A stretch of DNA of 64,000 bases, taken from the NCBI GenBank assembly GCA_964016885.1, contig OZ024744.1, forward strand, positions 47,554,001-47,618,000. Direction: 5' to 3'. Under the pieces are notes generated by a model. The model made no database searches and was not told where the DNA came from. It was given only the letters and a program-made list of their open reading frames with translations. The translations under genes were made by a program, and so were the position numbers. This document shows positions 38,701-51,000 of this stretch, piece by piece (the first letter of the stretch is position 1; each line of letters starts with the position of its first letter). This stretch comes from Eledone cirrhosa (Eukaryota).

Positions 38701-39345
38701 CTATACTTGGGGAAGGTGATATTTGTGTAATATTGCCAGAATTAATAACAGAACACACTCGCTGTATGGTTGGTTTTCGCTTCTGTGTCTTTTATATCGG
38801 TAACCTAATTTATTCGGTCCTCGATGTTGCCATTGACTGACCGACGGTCAAAAATAATACAGATACAATATAGACACAAACACATATATATAGTTTATCA
38901 TAAATCTTTCGTTGCACATCTGCAACATCGTCAGTGGTGCTATTGTTTCCTCCCGTTGCATTGTATGTCTACGCCATTTTTATTTAGTCTGTCTATATAT
39001 TTATTTATTTATTTGCTTGTTTGTTTATTTTATTTTGTCTTCTTTGCGCATGCGTTTGCGTGTGTGTATTGTGTTTTGTTTGATGTCTGTTCGTGATTGG
39101 GTGACTAGTGTGTGTTTATATGTTTGTTGTTATTGTGCTTGTGTATGTATTTATTCATTTATTTATCTATTTATTTATACTTCTCTTAGGTCAGTGTTGT
39201 ATGTTTGGATGTTGTTGTTATTCCATTCATTCTTTCTGTTTAGTCTTGGCCTTCTAAGTTCTATTTCACTGGCCTCTCTGATTTGCCTATCTGCAGGGTC
39301 ATTTCTATGTTTAGATATTATTCTAATTTCTATGTTGTCTATGTT
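38698..39345 (-). mobile_element. 3' fragment of a PLE related to family A (GIY-YIG C-terminus, 3' UTR, pLTR)
   Basis: Manual translation of 39210-39345(-): IDNIEIRIISKHRNDPADRQIREASEIELRRPRLNRKNEWNN, homologous to ORF 46271..46540; not in the ORF track. Confidence 0.8.
38897..38938 (-). ncRNA. Minimal type I hammerhead with extra nucleotide after A9
   Basis: Minus strand ACCA-CTGACGA-T-GTTGCA GATG TGCAAC-GAAAG AT TTA-TGAT. Confidence 0.65.
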
Positions 39346-39374
39346 ACCGTCGTGTTGTTGTCTGGCATGTTCGT

Positions 39375-39450
39375 ATAGTACTGGTACTTTATTTTATCGA
39401 ACAGGTAAGGATGAAAGGCAAAGTTAACCTTGGCGGGATTTGAACTCAAT
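39375..39450 (-). mobile_element. tRNA-SINE internal fragment; related fragments 53135..53260(+), 55455..55510(+)
   Basis: ACTGGTACTTTATTTTATCG...GGATGAAAGGCAAAGT...GGATTTGAACTC. Confidence 0.75.
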
Positions 39451-39483
39451 TCTAATAAAATAAAAAGAAGGATTTGTTGTCTA

Positions 39484-39560
39484 CAGTGGTCCCCAACCTT
39501 TTCTGCTTCAAATTGGCCCCTATTATATACAAATTGCTCCCTGTGGGGCGTATATCCCTG
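39484..39560 (+). mobile_element. 77-bp internally deleted derivative of the hAT-like MITE; copies 44613..44687(-), 53029..53105(-), 55098..55174(+)
   Basis: CAGTGGTCCCCAACC...TATCCCTG, joins the two ends of the longer MITE. Confidence 0.7.
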
Positions 39561-39682
39561 ATATATATATAATTGTGTGTGTGTGTGCGTACGTGCATAC
39601 ATACACACACACCTATTTTACATATATGTGCGTGTGTGTACATATATGCGTGTGTGTGTTTGGATGTTATATATACATATAT

Positions 39683-39719
<37 letters not shown>

Positions 39720-39925
39720 AATATATTTATTAAAATAACAGATTACTGTTAAAGCAAAGAATCGCTGCTTTCACCCTTAACGGGATCTTCTGATTCTTTG
39801 CTTAAACTTTAATCTGTTATTTTCAAATAAATATTTGCTCTAGCGTTCTTATATATTTGATATATATTTATCCTTATCGAGCCCTCTTTGGATTTTAGTC
39901 TTCAAATTTATTATTATTACTATAT
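39720..39925. mobile_element. Fold-back of family B pLTR 3' ends
   Basis: 39724..39793 minus orientation switches to plus orientation at TCTTCTGA|TTCTTTGC. Confidence 0.75.
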
Positions 39926-39931
39926 ATATAT

Positions 39932-40672
39932 ATAATCTTTGTGTGTTGGTATTTTAACGATAGTTATAGCTCTGATTTATCTGAATTATTGAGCCCTCTG
40001 CCACTCATGTCGGATTTGTTTATCGTAAACTCGTGAGCTGATTTTCCGATACTCGATTATTCTATTATATTTAGCTCTAGACTTAGCTATTGACCAGTTA
40101 ATTTTATTGTTCATTTTTTGTCGATTCTATTGAATGATGAATAGCTCCTGTTTATTATAACATGTCTATCGAGCACTCTTAATCGATATGTGGTTTCCCA
40201 CATTACCGAAATTTTTTTGCGGATATAGAGGTTATCTCCCTTGCTGGACTCCATGTGCGTCCCAGCTAAAGTTAGCTTCTTTATTCGTTTGGACATGACC
40301 CGTTGATAAAGTGTTCAGGTCCATCCGCTCTCTAGAAGTCTTATATATTTTTATGTGGGCTGATAGGGGGCGGATTAAGGAATTGCAGAAACCCAAGAAG
40401 CTAGATTTACCATCTTTCTAGTGGGTCCGGGTAAGTTTTTACACTCATATGAATTATTGATTTATTGATATTTTATCTGAGTGACCCGAATCTTCCTGGT
40501 CGTTATTATTCGGCTGCATGGGTGATTTTAGGCATAATCTTTGTGTGTTGGTATTTTAACGATAGTTATAGCTCTGATTTATCTGAATTATTGAGCCCTC
40601 TGCCACTCATGTCGGATTTGTTTATCGTAAACTCGTGAGCTGATTTTCCGATACTCGATTATTCTATTATAT
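39932..40672. mobile_element. Unclassified non-coding element with ~139-bp identical direct terminal repeats (period 602 bp)
   Basis: 39932..40070 repeated at 40534..40672; TA runs on both sides. Confidence 0.65.
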
Positions 40673-42151
40673 ATATATATATAAAGTAGGACACGCACAT
40701 GTATATATACATGTTTGTATGTTTGGGTGCTTTCTTACCCTCTATCTCTCCCTCTATATATATATATATCTATATATATCAGTGGTCCCCAACCTTTTCT
40801 GCTACATGTCCCTCCTCAATCTAAAATATCTTTATGTTCCCTTTTAATATAAACACAAACTGAGACTTGTAAAACTAATATAAACTAGAAATCCTTTAAT
40901 GTACTGGGGCCGGTATTAACAAGATAATATATTGGAAGTGTTGCCCCAGCATGGCCTTGGACGAATGAGCAACTAAAATAATAAAATGCTAGAAATAGCA
41001 GTCAAATACCAACAACCAGGACCACATCAACTGCCCGCCCGCAAAATTTTTGTCTCGATTTTTGCGATTAAGTAAGACAAGAGTTATCTTTCTTGGCAAA
41101 AACACTCTGGTTTGTCTACATTAAATTTTCGATTGTTTAAAATATTTTCACCGATTTTAAGCCAAAGTTTTTTAATGGCTGCCACTTCCGGTTTGTGTTG
41201 TGCCTCTACAGGAGAGCAGTAAACCTGCTAGAAATAGCAGTCACAGCAACACACATATATTTATATATCAGGGATTCCCAACGTGGGGTACACGCCCCAC
41301 TGGGGTTAATTTGAATATAATAGGGGTCAATATGAAAGTGATACGACCCAACTTCCAGTTACACTTCGTCTACACATGTTATCGTGTATCTGGCAGCACC
41401 TACGAGAAGTTTGTTTACATTTTGGAGTTTATTTTGATCATCGCTGCATCGTAGCTTTGTTTAATTAAAGGGTTTCTGCTTTATATTAGAGTAATAACAC
41501 GTTTACAAGACTCTTTGTTTTAATAATAAAGGGGGACATAAACATATTTTAGATTGAGGAGGGGCATGGTGCAGATATGATGGGGGACCACTGATATGTA
41601 TTATATATTTATTTCGTTTCTGAATTTGTTTAGCAAGATTCTTTATCTGAAAACGTGTGTTGAAACCGATATTGTTATACTTTGTTATACATGTTGCCAA
41701 TAAGAAACACACGCACCAGTTGCTTTCACTCCAATTTATTATAAATTAAAAAATTTATAAATTTCCGGTTGGTTGGTTCCACAACCGGACGGTTGTTCAT
41801 ATATTGTCAAAGTTCTTTCGTCACACATTCTGTGACCTCTTCAGTGACTGGGGATTCTTTTTTTTGTTTTGTGTCTCTCCTTTGTTCTGTCCTACGCCAT
41901 CTTGTTTTTTGTGTGTGTTGTGGACTTAGTTTGCGCATGTGTAACATCCGGGTGTCTGTGTGTGTTTTTATTTTTATCAAAAACAAGATGGCGTTTTGAC
42001 CATCGCTGCATCGTAGCGTTGTTTAATTAAAGGGTTTCTACTTCATATTACAGTAATAACACTTTTACAAGGCTCTGTTTTAATAATAAAGGGGGACATA
42101 AACATATTTTAGATTGAGGAGGGGCATGGTGGAGAAATGGTTGGGGACCAC

Positions 42152-42249
<98 letters not shown>

Positions 42250-42735
42250 AGAGAGGGGGGGGGAGAAAGAGAGAGCGAGTGAGTGGGATAGAGAGCACCC
42301 AAACACACACATGTTTACACACACGCACACACAGATAATTATATATATGTGTCTTCTCCGTCTGTGATAATGGCTGCTATATATATATATATATAAATAT
42401 ATATATACATACATATATATATATATAAGTTTTTTTCTATTCCCAGATAATCTGTGGTCGTGAGTTCAATGTTCACCTCGGCTTTTGAGACGTTAAAATA
42501 ATTTTAAAGTATTTTTTTTTTTGTTATTGCTTTAGTTGCTAAATCGACTAATGCCATGCTGGGGCAACACATCCAATATATTATCTTGTTAATATCGGCC
42601 CCAGTATATTAAAGGATTTCTACTTTATATTAGTTTTACAAGACTTGGATGGTTTTTATATTAAAGGGGAACATAAACATATTTTAGATTGTGGAGGGGA
42701 ATGGTGCAGAAAAGGTTGGGGACCACTGATATATA

Positions 42736-42811
<76 letters not shown>

Positions 42812-42831
42812 ACATAACATATATATATATA

Positions 42832-42894
<63 letters not shown>

Positions 42895-42922
42895 TGTGTG
42901 CGTGCGCGCGTGTATATAGGTG

Positions 42923-42956
<34 letters not shown>

Positions 42957-43549
42957 ATCATGCACATATCCATAAATATATATATATACGTGTGTGTCCT
43001 TTCTGCGCCATGCCCCTCCTCAATCTAAAATATGTTTATGTCCCCCTTTAATATAAAAACAAACCCCAAAATCTAAACAAACTTCTCGTAGGTGCTGCCA
43101 GATACACGATAACATGTGTAGACGAAGTGTAACTGGAAGTTGGGTCGTATTATATCATTTTCAATTTGACCGCTATTATATTCAAATTGCTCCTTGTGGG
43201 GCGTGTACGCCACGTTGGGAATCCCTTATATATCAATATATGTGAGTGTGTTGCTATGACTGCTATTTCTAGCAGGTTTACTGCTCTCCTGTAGAGGCAC
43301 AACACAAACCGGAAGTGGCAGCCATTAAAAAACTTTGGCTTAAAATCAGTGAAAATATTTTAAACAATAAAAAATTTAATGTAAACAAACCAGGGTGTTT
43401 TTGCCAAGAAAGATAACTCTTGTCATACTTAATCGGGTGTGCAGTTGGTTTGCAGTTGGTTTGGTCCTGGTTGTTGGTATTTGACTGCTATTTTTAGCAT
43501 GTATGACTGCTTTAGAAATAGCACCGAAAAATGGAAAGAAGGACACACA

Positions 43550-43685
<136 letters not shown>

Positions 43686-43689
43686 ATAT

Positions 43690-44095
43690 TAATGTGAGTA
43701 TAAATATATATATATATATACAATATATTAATAAATGGAAACTATATTTATAAAACCATATTTATTTTATTATACATATTTCAAGGGCAACCACGGCAAA
43801 TTATGGTGCGCTTTCTTTTCCACTGTCCAGGGAACCTCAACCGTTAAGGTTGTCTTTTTCCGGGTATGTCAATATTTATTTATAAAACAAATCTGTATTT
43901 CATCTGACAAAAGCGCACCATAATTTGCCTTGGTTGCCCATGAAATATATATAATAAAGTAATTATGGTTTTATAAATATAGTTTCCATCTATTAGTATA
44001 CTGAATATTTACTCCACTAAACTGTTGAGTGTTTTATATCAGTTATAAAATTTTTAAGCTTGTTGAATCCCAACAAATTGAATATAACCTCTAAA
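43690..44095. mobile_element. Inverted pLTR pair with decayed hammerhead at 43899..43958(+)
   Basis: Arms ~43690..43814 and 43909..44020; CTGACAA-AAGCGCACC...GGTTGCCC(A/T)T-GAAAT ATAT ATA-ATAAA. Confidence 0.65.
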
Positions 44096-44767
44096 TATAT
44101 ATATATATATATATAGTATAAAAAAATGAAAAATCATTGATACATCTGGACTCAGTTTATTGCTTGTTACAATTGTTTCGCCGGCAGATAGCTCGAGACA
44201 TGATCACTGTATGGAACTGGCTGATTCTACGGCTGCAGGTTCCTTCGGACACAGGCAATTCTTTCGGAGCAAATTTTCTCACTGGGGTGTCCTCATCAAA
44301 AAATACCTTCAAAAAACATCTTCCACTCTTGTCATGCCATTTGTCTGTTTTTTTTCTACGTCATCATAAATTCTGGTCACTATTTACTGCTACACTGGTC
44401 ATCAGCCATTTTCCGTCCGACACACTTCAATGGAGCCATGCTGGGTTTGGTATCTCACACACACAAATACACACACGTAAATATATATATATATACACAG
44501 ATATGTATATATAACATCCATACACATACACACATATATGTAATATAGGTGTGTGTCTGTGTGTGTATGTATGCACGTACACACACACACACACACAAGT
44601 ATATATATATATCAGGGATATACGCCCCACGGAGCAATTTATATATAATAGGGGTTAATTTGAAGCAGAAAATATTGGGGACCACTGAGAGTGCTTTATA
44701 TCAGTTATAAACAATTTTAAGCTTGTTGAATCCCAACAAATTAAATATAACCTCTGCATATATATAT

Positions 44768-45787
44768 AGTAATAATAATAAATTTTAAGACTAAAATCCA
44801 AAGAGGGCTCGATAAGGATAAATATATATCAAATATATAAGAACCGTAGAGCAAATATTTATTAAAATAACAGATTAAAGTTTAAGCAAAGAGTCGCTGC
44901 TTTCACCCTTAACGGGATCTTCTGAAACTAACAAAGTCAATCTGTAAACGCAGAACTGGATATTTCAAAAAACGTTGCAACCGGAGGAAGACAGGAAGAC
45001 AATACTTTGGTTCGTGGAAACGTTCCCTGGCAAAGAACGGGAAAAAATGAATATAATACGTCATTAATAGGAGCGGTAAGAAAACAATTACGCGCAAAGA
45101 CAGAACCACGTTGTGTGCGCTTGTTATATATTTGTTTATTTATATACGTTAATTTAATTATTTATTTATTTGTATACACGCATAAACACACACACATATT
45201 TATATGTGCGTGGTTTTGTATACCTATGGTAAGTGTTTTCGCGTATGCTTGTGTATGTACGTATTTGTATGCGTGTATGTAGTTATTTAATTTCTATTAC
45301 TTCTGTATTGTATTTATTTACTTTATTCTTAACTCTGAAGCGGAAATTCATTCGGTCTCCTAGTTAGAATTTTAGTCTACGACTTCTGCTATACCATTTA
45401 CGTGGTTTTGTCTTTGTCTTTGGGTGCAATTGTTCTCCACGCTCCACATATGACGTATTATCTTCGTTTTTTTCGTTCATTGCCAGAGAACGTCTCTATG
45501 AACCACCTAAGAGAACATTAGTCTACGCCCTCTTTTATACCATAAACGTGGTTCTGCCTTTGCGCGTAATTGTTTTTCACCGCTCCTATTAATAACGTAT
45601 TATATTCATTTTTTCCCGTTCTTTGCCAGAGAACGTTTCACGAACCAAAGTATCGTCTTCCTGCCTTCCTCCGGTCGCAACGTTTTTTGAAATGTCCACT
45701 TCTGCGTTTACAGATTGACTTTGTTAGTTTCAGAAGATCCTGTTAAGGGTGAAAGCAGCGATTCTTTGCTTAAACTTTAATCTGTTA

Positions 45788-45795
<8 letters not shown>
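44768..45795. mobile_element. Inverted pLTR pair of family B (minus arm 44768..45110, plus arm 45111..45795)
   Basis: Both arms match 52205-52890; (TA)n flanks. Confidence 0.85.
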
Positions 45796-45816
<21 letters not shown>

Positions 45817-45818
<2 letters not shown>

Positions 45819-47172
45819 TTCGTTTCTGAATTTGCTTAGCAAGATTCTTTATCTGAAATCGTGTGTTGAAACCGATATTGTTATACTTTGGGAGGGTCAT
45901 GTTGCCAATAAGAAACACACGCACCAGTTGCTTTCACTTCAATTTATTATTAAAATAAATTTATAATAGATTTATAAATTTATAAATTTCTTTTTGGTTC
46001 CACAACCAGATAGTTGTTTATATATTGTCATAGTTCTTTCGTCACACACTCTGTGACCTCTTCAGTGACTGGGGATTCCTTTCTTTGTTTCTGTGCCTCT
46101 CCTTTGTTCTGTCCTACGCCATTTTGTTTCTGTGTGTGTGTTGTGTGCTCAGTCTGCGCATGCGCCACATCCGGGTGTCTGTGTGTGTTTATGTTCATTT
46201 ATTTATTTGTTTATTTACATGTTACTGGTTGGTTGTTTGTTCTATGTGCGTGTGTGTTTTCATTTTGTCCTTAATTGTAAGTTGTGATGTTGCTGTTCCA
46301 CTCATATTTTCTATTTAATTTTGGTTGTAATTCTTTTATGTTTATTGCCTCTGTGATTTGTCTAAACATTGCGTCTTTTCTGTGTGTAGATTCTATTTTT
46401 ATTTCTATGTTCTCTAAATTACCCTTGTGTTCTATCTTAGCATGTTGGTAGAGTACAGATGATTCTTTACTATCTTGAAGGTCTCGCCAGTGTTCATTTA
46501 TCCGTTCCCCTACACTACGAGCTGTCTCACCTATGTACACTATATATATATATTTTTTTGTCTCTACATTGTCCTTCAGTACATCTCATGCTATACACTA
46601 CATTTCTAGTTTCACAGTTAATATGGGGGCTTACTTTACAGGTTATACATTTCTTATCTATACATGAGGGTCTTTGAAAAGGGTATGTCTTGCTAATAAG
46701 TGTTTTTACGGAGGTACCTGGTCTTTCTGTATCTTAATATTGAGTTTATGTTTATTTAGGGCCCTTCTAAATTTGTAAGCTAATTCACCTCTAGGGGTTG
46801 TATCGATGAACATTACACTCTGGTATTTATTGCTATCATACCATGAGTTTATTCTATTAGCCTTGTTCCTAGTTCTTTCTATTCTATTCCAAAATTTGCT
46901 CCTATACAAGGGGCTGGTCCCATTTATGTCATTATTTACCATTTTTTCCCATTTGGTTCTGGCTCCTCTATACACTCTGCTTATATCTCTCTGATTGTAG
47001 CCAGAGAACTGCATACGGTGGATGAAGTGTTGTATGTGTCTCTCTAGTTCTTCGGGTTGCACATGCGGGACACGTTTCTCATCACATATTATAAATTTAT
47101 TATAATAATAAATTGAAGTGAAAGCAACTGGTGCGTGTGTTTCTTATTGGCAACATGACCCTCCCAAAGTAT

Positions 47173-47178
<6 letters not shown>
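45817..47178 (-). mobile_element. 5'-truncated PLE (Neptune/Nematis-type EN), parent of pLTR family A, with short inverted arm 47086..47178
   Basis: RT thumb fragment, Cys-rich linker, GIY-YIG, pLTR at 45817..46270. Confidence 0.88.
46271..47065 (-). pseudogene. PLE RT thumb, Zn-finger linker and GIY-YIG fragment
   Basis: RMQFSGY, SVMFIDTTPRGEL; manual translation CIDKKCITCKVSPHINCETRNVVYSMRC.EGQC, frameshift in a TA run, then YIGETARS..ERINEH...H...H...RQITEA..I...LNRK.EW. Confidence 0.85.
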
Positions 47179-47230
<52 letters not shown>

Positions 47231-47320
47231 CAGGCAATCTCACACACGGACACACACATATATATAGATGGCTATGTGTGCGTGTGTGTAAAAATGTGTG
47301 TGTTTGGGTGCTCCCTTTCC

Positions 47321-47353
<33 letters not shown>

Positions 47354-47803
47354 ATTATACTTTGAGAGCGTCATGTTGCCAATAAGAAACACACGCACCA
47401 GTGCTTTCACTCCAATTTATTATAAATTAAAAACATTTTTTCTAAAAATTCATAAATTTCCGGTTGGTTGGTTTGTTCCGCAACCGGACGGTTGTTCATA
47501 TATTGTCAAAGTTCTTTCGTCACACATTCTGTGACCTCTTCAGTGACTGGGGATTCTTTTCTTTGTTTTGTGCCTCTCCTTTGTTCTGTCCTACGACATC
47601 TTGTTTTTGTGTGTGTTATGTGCTTAGTTTGCGTATGTGTTACATCCGGGTGTCTGTGTGTGTTTTTATGAAAATAAAAATAAAAACACACACAGACACC
47701 CGGATGTAACACATGCACAAACTAAGCACACAACACACACAAAAAAATAAGATGGCGTAGGACAGAACAAAGGAGAAACATAAAACAAAGAAAAGAATCC
47801 CCA

Positions 47804-47846
47804 GTCACTGAAGAGGTCACAGAATGTGTGACGAAAGAACTTTGAC
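47804..47846 (+). ncRNA. Minimal type I hammerhead, family A; also 27992..28034-, 28290..28332+, 31605..31647-, 31898..31940+, 41806..41848-, 46027..46069-, 47505..47547-
   Basis: GTCA-CTGAAGA-G-GTCACA GAATG TGTGAC-GAAAG AA CTT-TGAC. Confidence 0.72.
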
Positions 47847-48062
47847 AATATATGAACAACCGTCCGGTTGTGGAACCAACCAACCAACCGGAAATTTATA
47901 ATTTTTTTAATTTATAATAAATTGGAGTGAAAGCAACTGGTGCGTGTGTTTCTTATTGCCAACATCACCCTCCCAAAGCATAACAATATCGGTTTCAACA
48001 CACGTTTTCAGATAAAGAATCTTGCTAAACAAATTCAGAAACGAAATATATATATATATAAT

Positions 48063-51000
48063 GGTAATAATAATAAATTTGAAGACTAAAATCCAAAGAG
48101 GGCTCGATAAGGATAAATATATATCAAATATATAATAACCGTAGAGCAAATATTTATTAAAATAACAGATTAAATTTAAGCAAAGAATCACTGCTTTCAC
48201 CCTTAACGGGATCTTCTGAAACTAACAAAAGTCAATATGTAAACGCAGAAGTGGATATTTCAAAAAACGTTGCAACTGGAGGAAGACAGGAAGATGATAC
48301 TTTGGTTCGTGGAAACGTTCTCTGGCAAAGAACGGGAAAAAACGAATATAATACGTCATTAATAGGAGCGGTGAAAAACAATTACACGCAAAGACAGAAC
48401 CACGTTTAGGGTATAAAAGAAGTCGTAGACTAATGTTCTCTTAGGTGGTTCATAGAGACGTTCTCTGGCAATGAACGAAAAAAACGAAGATAATACGTCA
48501 TATGTGGAGCGTGGAGAACAATTGCACGCAAAGACAAAACCACGTAAATGGTATAGTTGAAGTCGTAGACTAAAATTCTAACTAGGAAACCGAATGATTC
48601 TCCGCTTCAGAGTAAAGAATAAATAAATAAAATACAATACAGAGATAATTGAAATAAAATAAATACATACCCGAATCCAAATACGTACATACACAAGCAT
48701 ACGAGAAAACTCTCGCCACAGGTATACAAAACGACGCACATATAAATGTGTGTGTGTGTGTGTGCGTGTATACAAATAAATATGTAATTAAATAAACGTA
48801 TATAAATAAATAAATACGTATATAACAAGCGCACGCACATACCTACATGTAAATCCACAAATGTTCGGAGACGAACGTCAACCAAAGCATGAAGTACACA
48901 TATACACGCATCCAACATGCGTGTGAACCCGCATACTCACACAGACGCAAAACTCCCGTAAACACATAACCAAAAGCATATGTACCAGAATATAGAAAAA
49001 TATACGCCCTAACATATACAATCAAATATACGTACGAGAAAGTATACGTACCTTCATAAAACATACAGATAATATATACTTACCTATGCAAATAAGTAAT
49101 GGTATAAACACAACATATACTTAGCTACCACATCAAGACGTAAAATATCCACGTATAGATCGTACTATCCGTTAGGGTATAATGTGGGGCTGTAATACAG
49201 GAAAGTTTTGAGCAATTTATATTTACAAGCCGAAATTGCCTCAGATTTTTTGTTTAAGATGTGGTCTGTGGCGTAGAGCGTTTCCAGGGCCTCAGCGGCG
49301 CAGAGATCACATGGTTTTTTATTTCCGTTATACGATCTAGCCCTAGCTAGGATCTCCCAGTGTAACTTATATTGGGTGTGGTTGTCTTTTAGACGTGTAT
49401 GTACGTATTTGGATTCGGGTATATATTTATTTAATTGCAATTACCTCTGTATTGTATTTTATTTACTTTATTCTTTACTCTTGAGCGGAGAATCAATGAA
49501 TCAATCGGCTTGTTAGAATTTTAGTCTACGACTTCAGCTATACCATTTACGTGGTTTTGTCTTTGCGTGCAATTGTTCTCCACGCTCCACATATGACGTA
49601 TTATCTTCGTTTTTTCCGTTCATTGCCAGAGAACGTCTCTATGAACCACCTAAGAGAACATTAGTCTACGACTTCTTTTATACCCTAAACGTGGTTCTGT
49701 CTTTGCGTGTAATTGTTTTTCACCGCTCCTATTAATGACGTATTATATTCGTTTTTTTCCCGTTCTTTGCCAGGGAACGTTTCCACGAACCAAAGTATCG
49801 TCTTCCTGTCTTCCTCCGGTTGCAACGTTTTTTGAAATATCCACATACCTAAAATTTCTGATACAGAAAACAGACGCGTTCATTAAAAGGTTGCGTTGGC
49901 GTGCCTTTTATTTCGATAATTCGCGAAAAGCTGACAACAAACAGGATAAATTTGCGTTTAAAACCTATAACCCTCCGTGTAACCCAGCATTGCTACCCTT
50001 TGAAAATGATGTCTTGCACTCATACGGAGTATCAAATTTCGGAATAGGAGCAATTCCTTCCAGCAGGACGTGAAGAATAGAATTCGTTCTATTAAGGATT
50101 CTAATGCCGTACACGTCCATTCCGACAAAACTGGCAACCTATATCAAGTGGAGCGCAGTACTTACCATCAACTCCTACATAATGTTGTAACTAAGGATTA
50201 CCGTAAAACTAATCGGTGCGTCATCAATAAAATCAACGATGCTGGGTTTAAAATCACCTCCGATCTCAACATCCTGGACCGGACCGAACCTTTGGACCCT
50301 ATTTCTCCCCACTTTACACTGAAGAATCACAAATCCGATTTTCCGAACAACCCCTCTATTCGGCTTATTAACCCTACGAAGTCCGACTTAGTAAAAGGAT
50401 TCTTGATAGAATTATACCTGTAATTAGAAGTGTGGCCCCTCTTGCACTGTGGAACAATTCTTTTGCGGTGATTGATTGGTTCAACGGCATATGCAACAAT
50501 GAACATTGCCGTTTTATCCAATTCGACATCAATAATTACTACTCCTCCATCACTTTACCACTTCTACTTAGAGCTATCAATTTCGCTAAAACACTCACAG
50601 TGGTTAAGGATTTCGAAGTTGATGTCATCCTCAATGCCCTTAAGTCGGTGATTAATATCGAGGACTCTATTTGGATTAAAAAGTCCAATAGTACCCCTTT
50701 CGACGTGAGTATGGGCGCAGCGATTCTGCGGAGGTTACTGATCTTATCGGCCTTTTCCTTTTTTCTCCGTCAAGGACGAATTCCCCAACGAGGGCGGTGG
50801 TTTGTACCGTGACGATGGTCTTTTGACCATGACCAAGTGCGACCCTCGTGCTTGCGACAGGTTCAGAAAAGAACTCACAGCCTTCTTTAAAGGCTTCAAC
50901 CTCTCTATACAGGTTGAGGCCAACCTCTCGGTCGTTAATTACCTCGACGTTACCCTCAATTTATCGAATGGCTTCTATTACCCGTATAGAAAGCCGAATG

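Noticed and set aside
40125-40175. Hammerhead-like ATGATGA...ATAAC ATGTC
   Set aside because: Both core boxes are mutated and the helices are unconvincing
49735-49843. N-terminus MTYYIRFF... of the PLE protein
   Set aside because: Derived from a truncated pLTR fused to the ORF; the join has no splice signals and the same pLTR sequence is not kept in frame elsewhere
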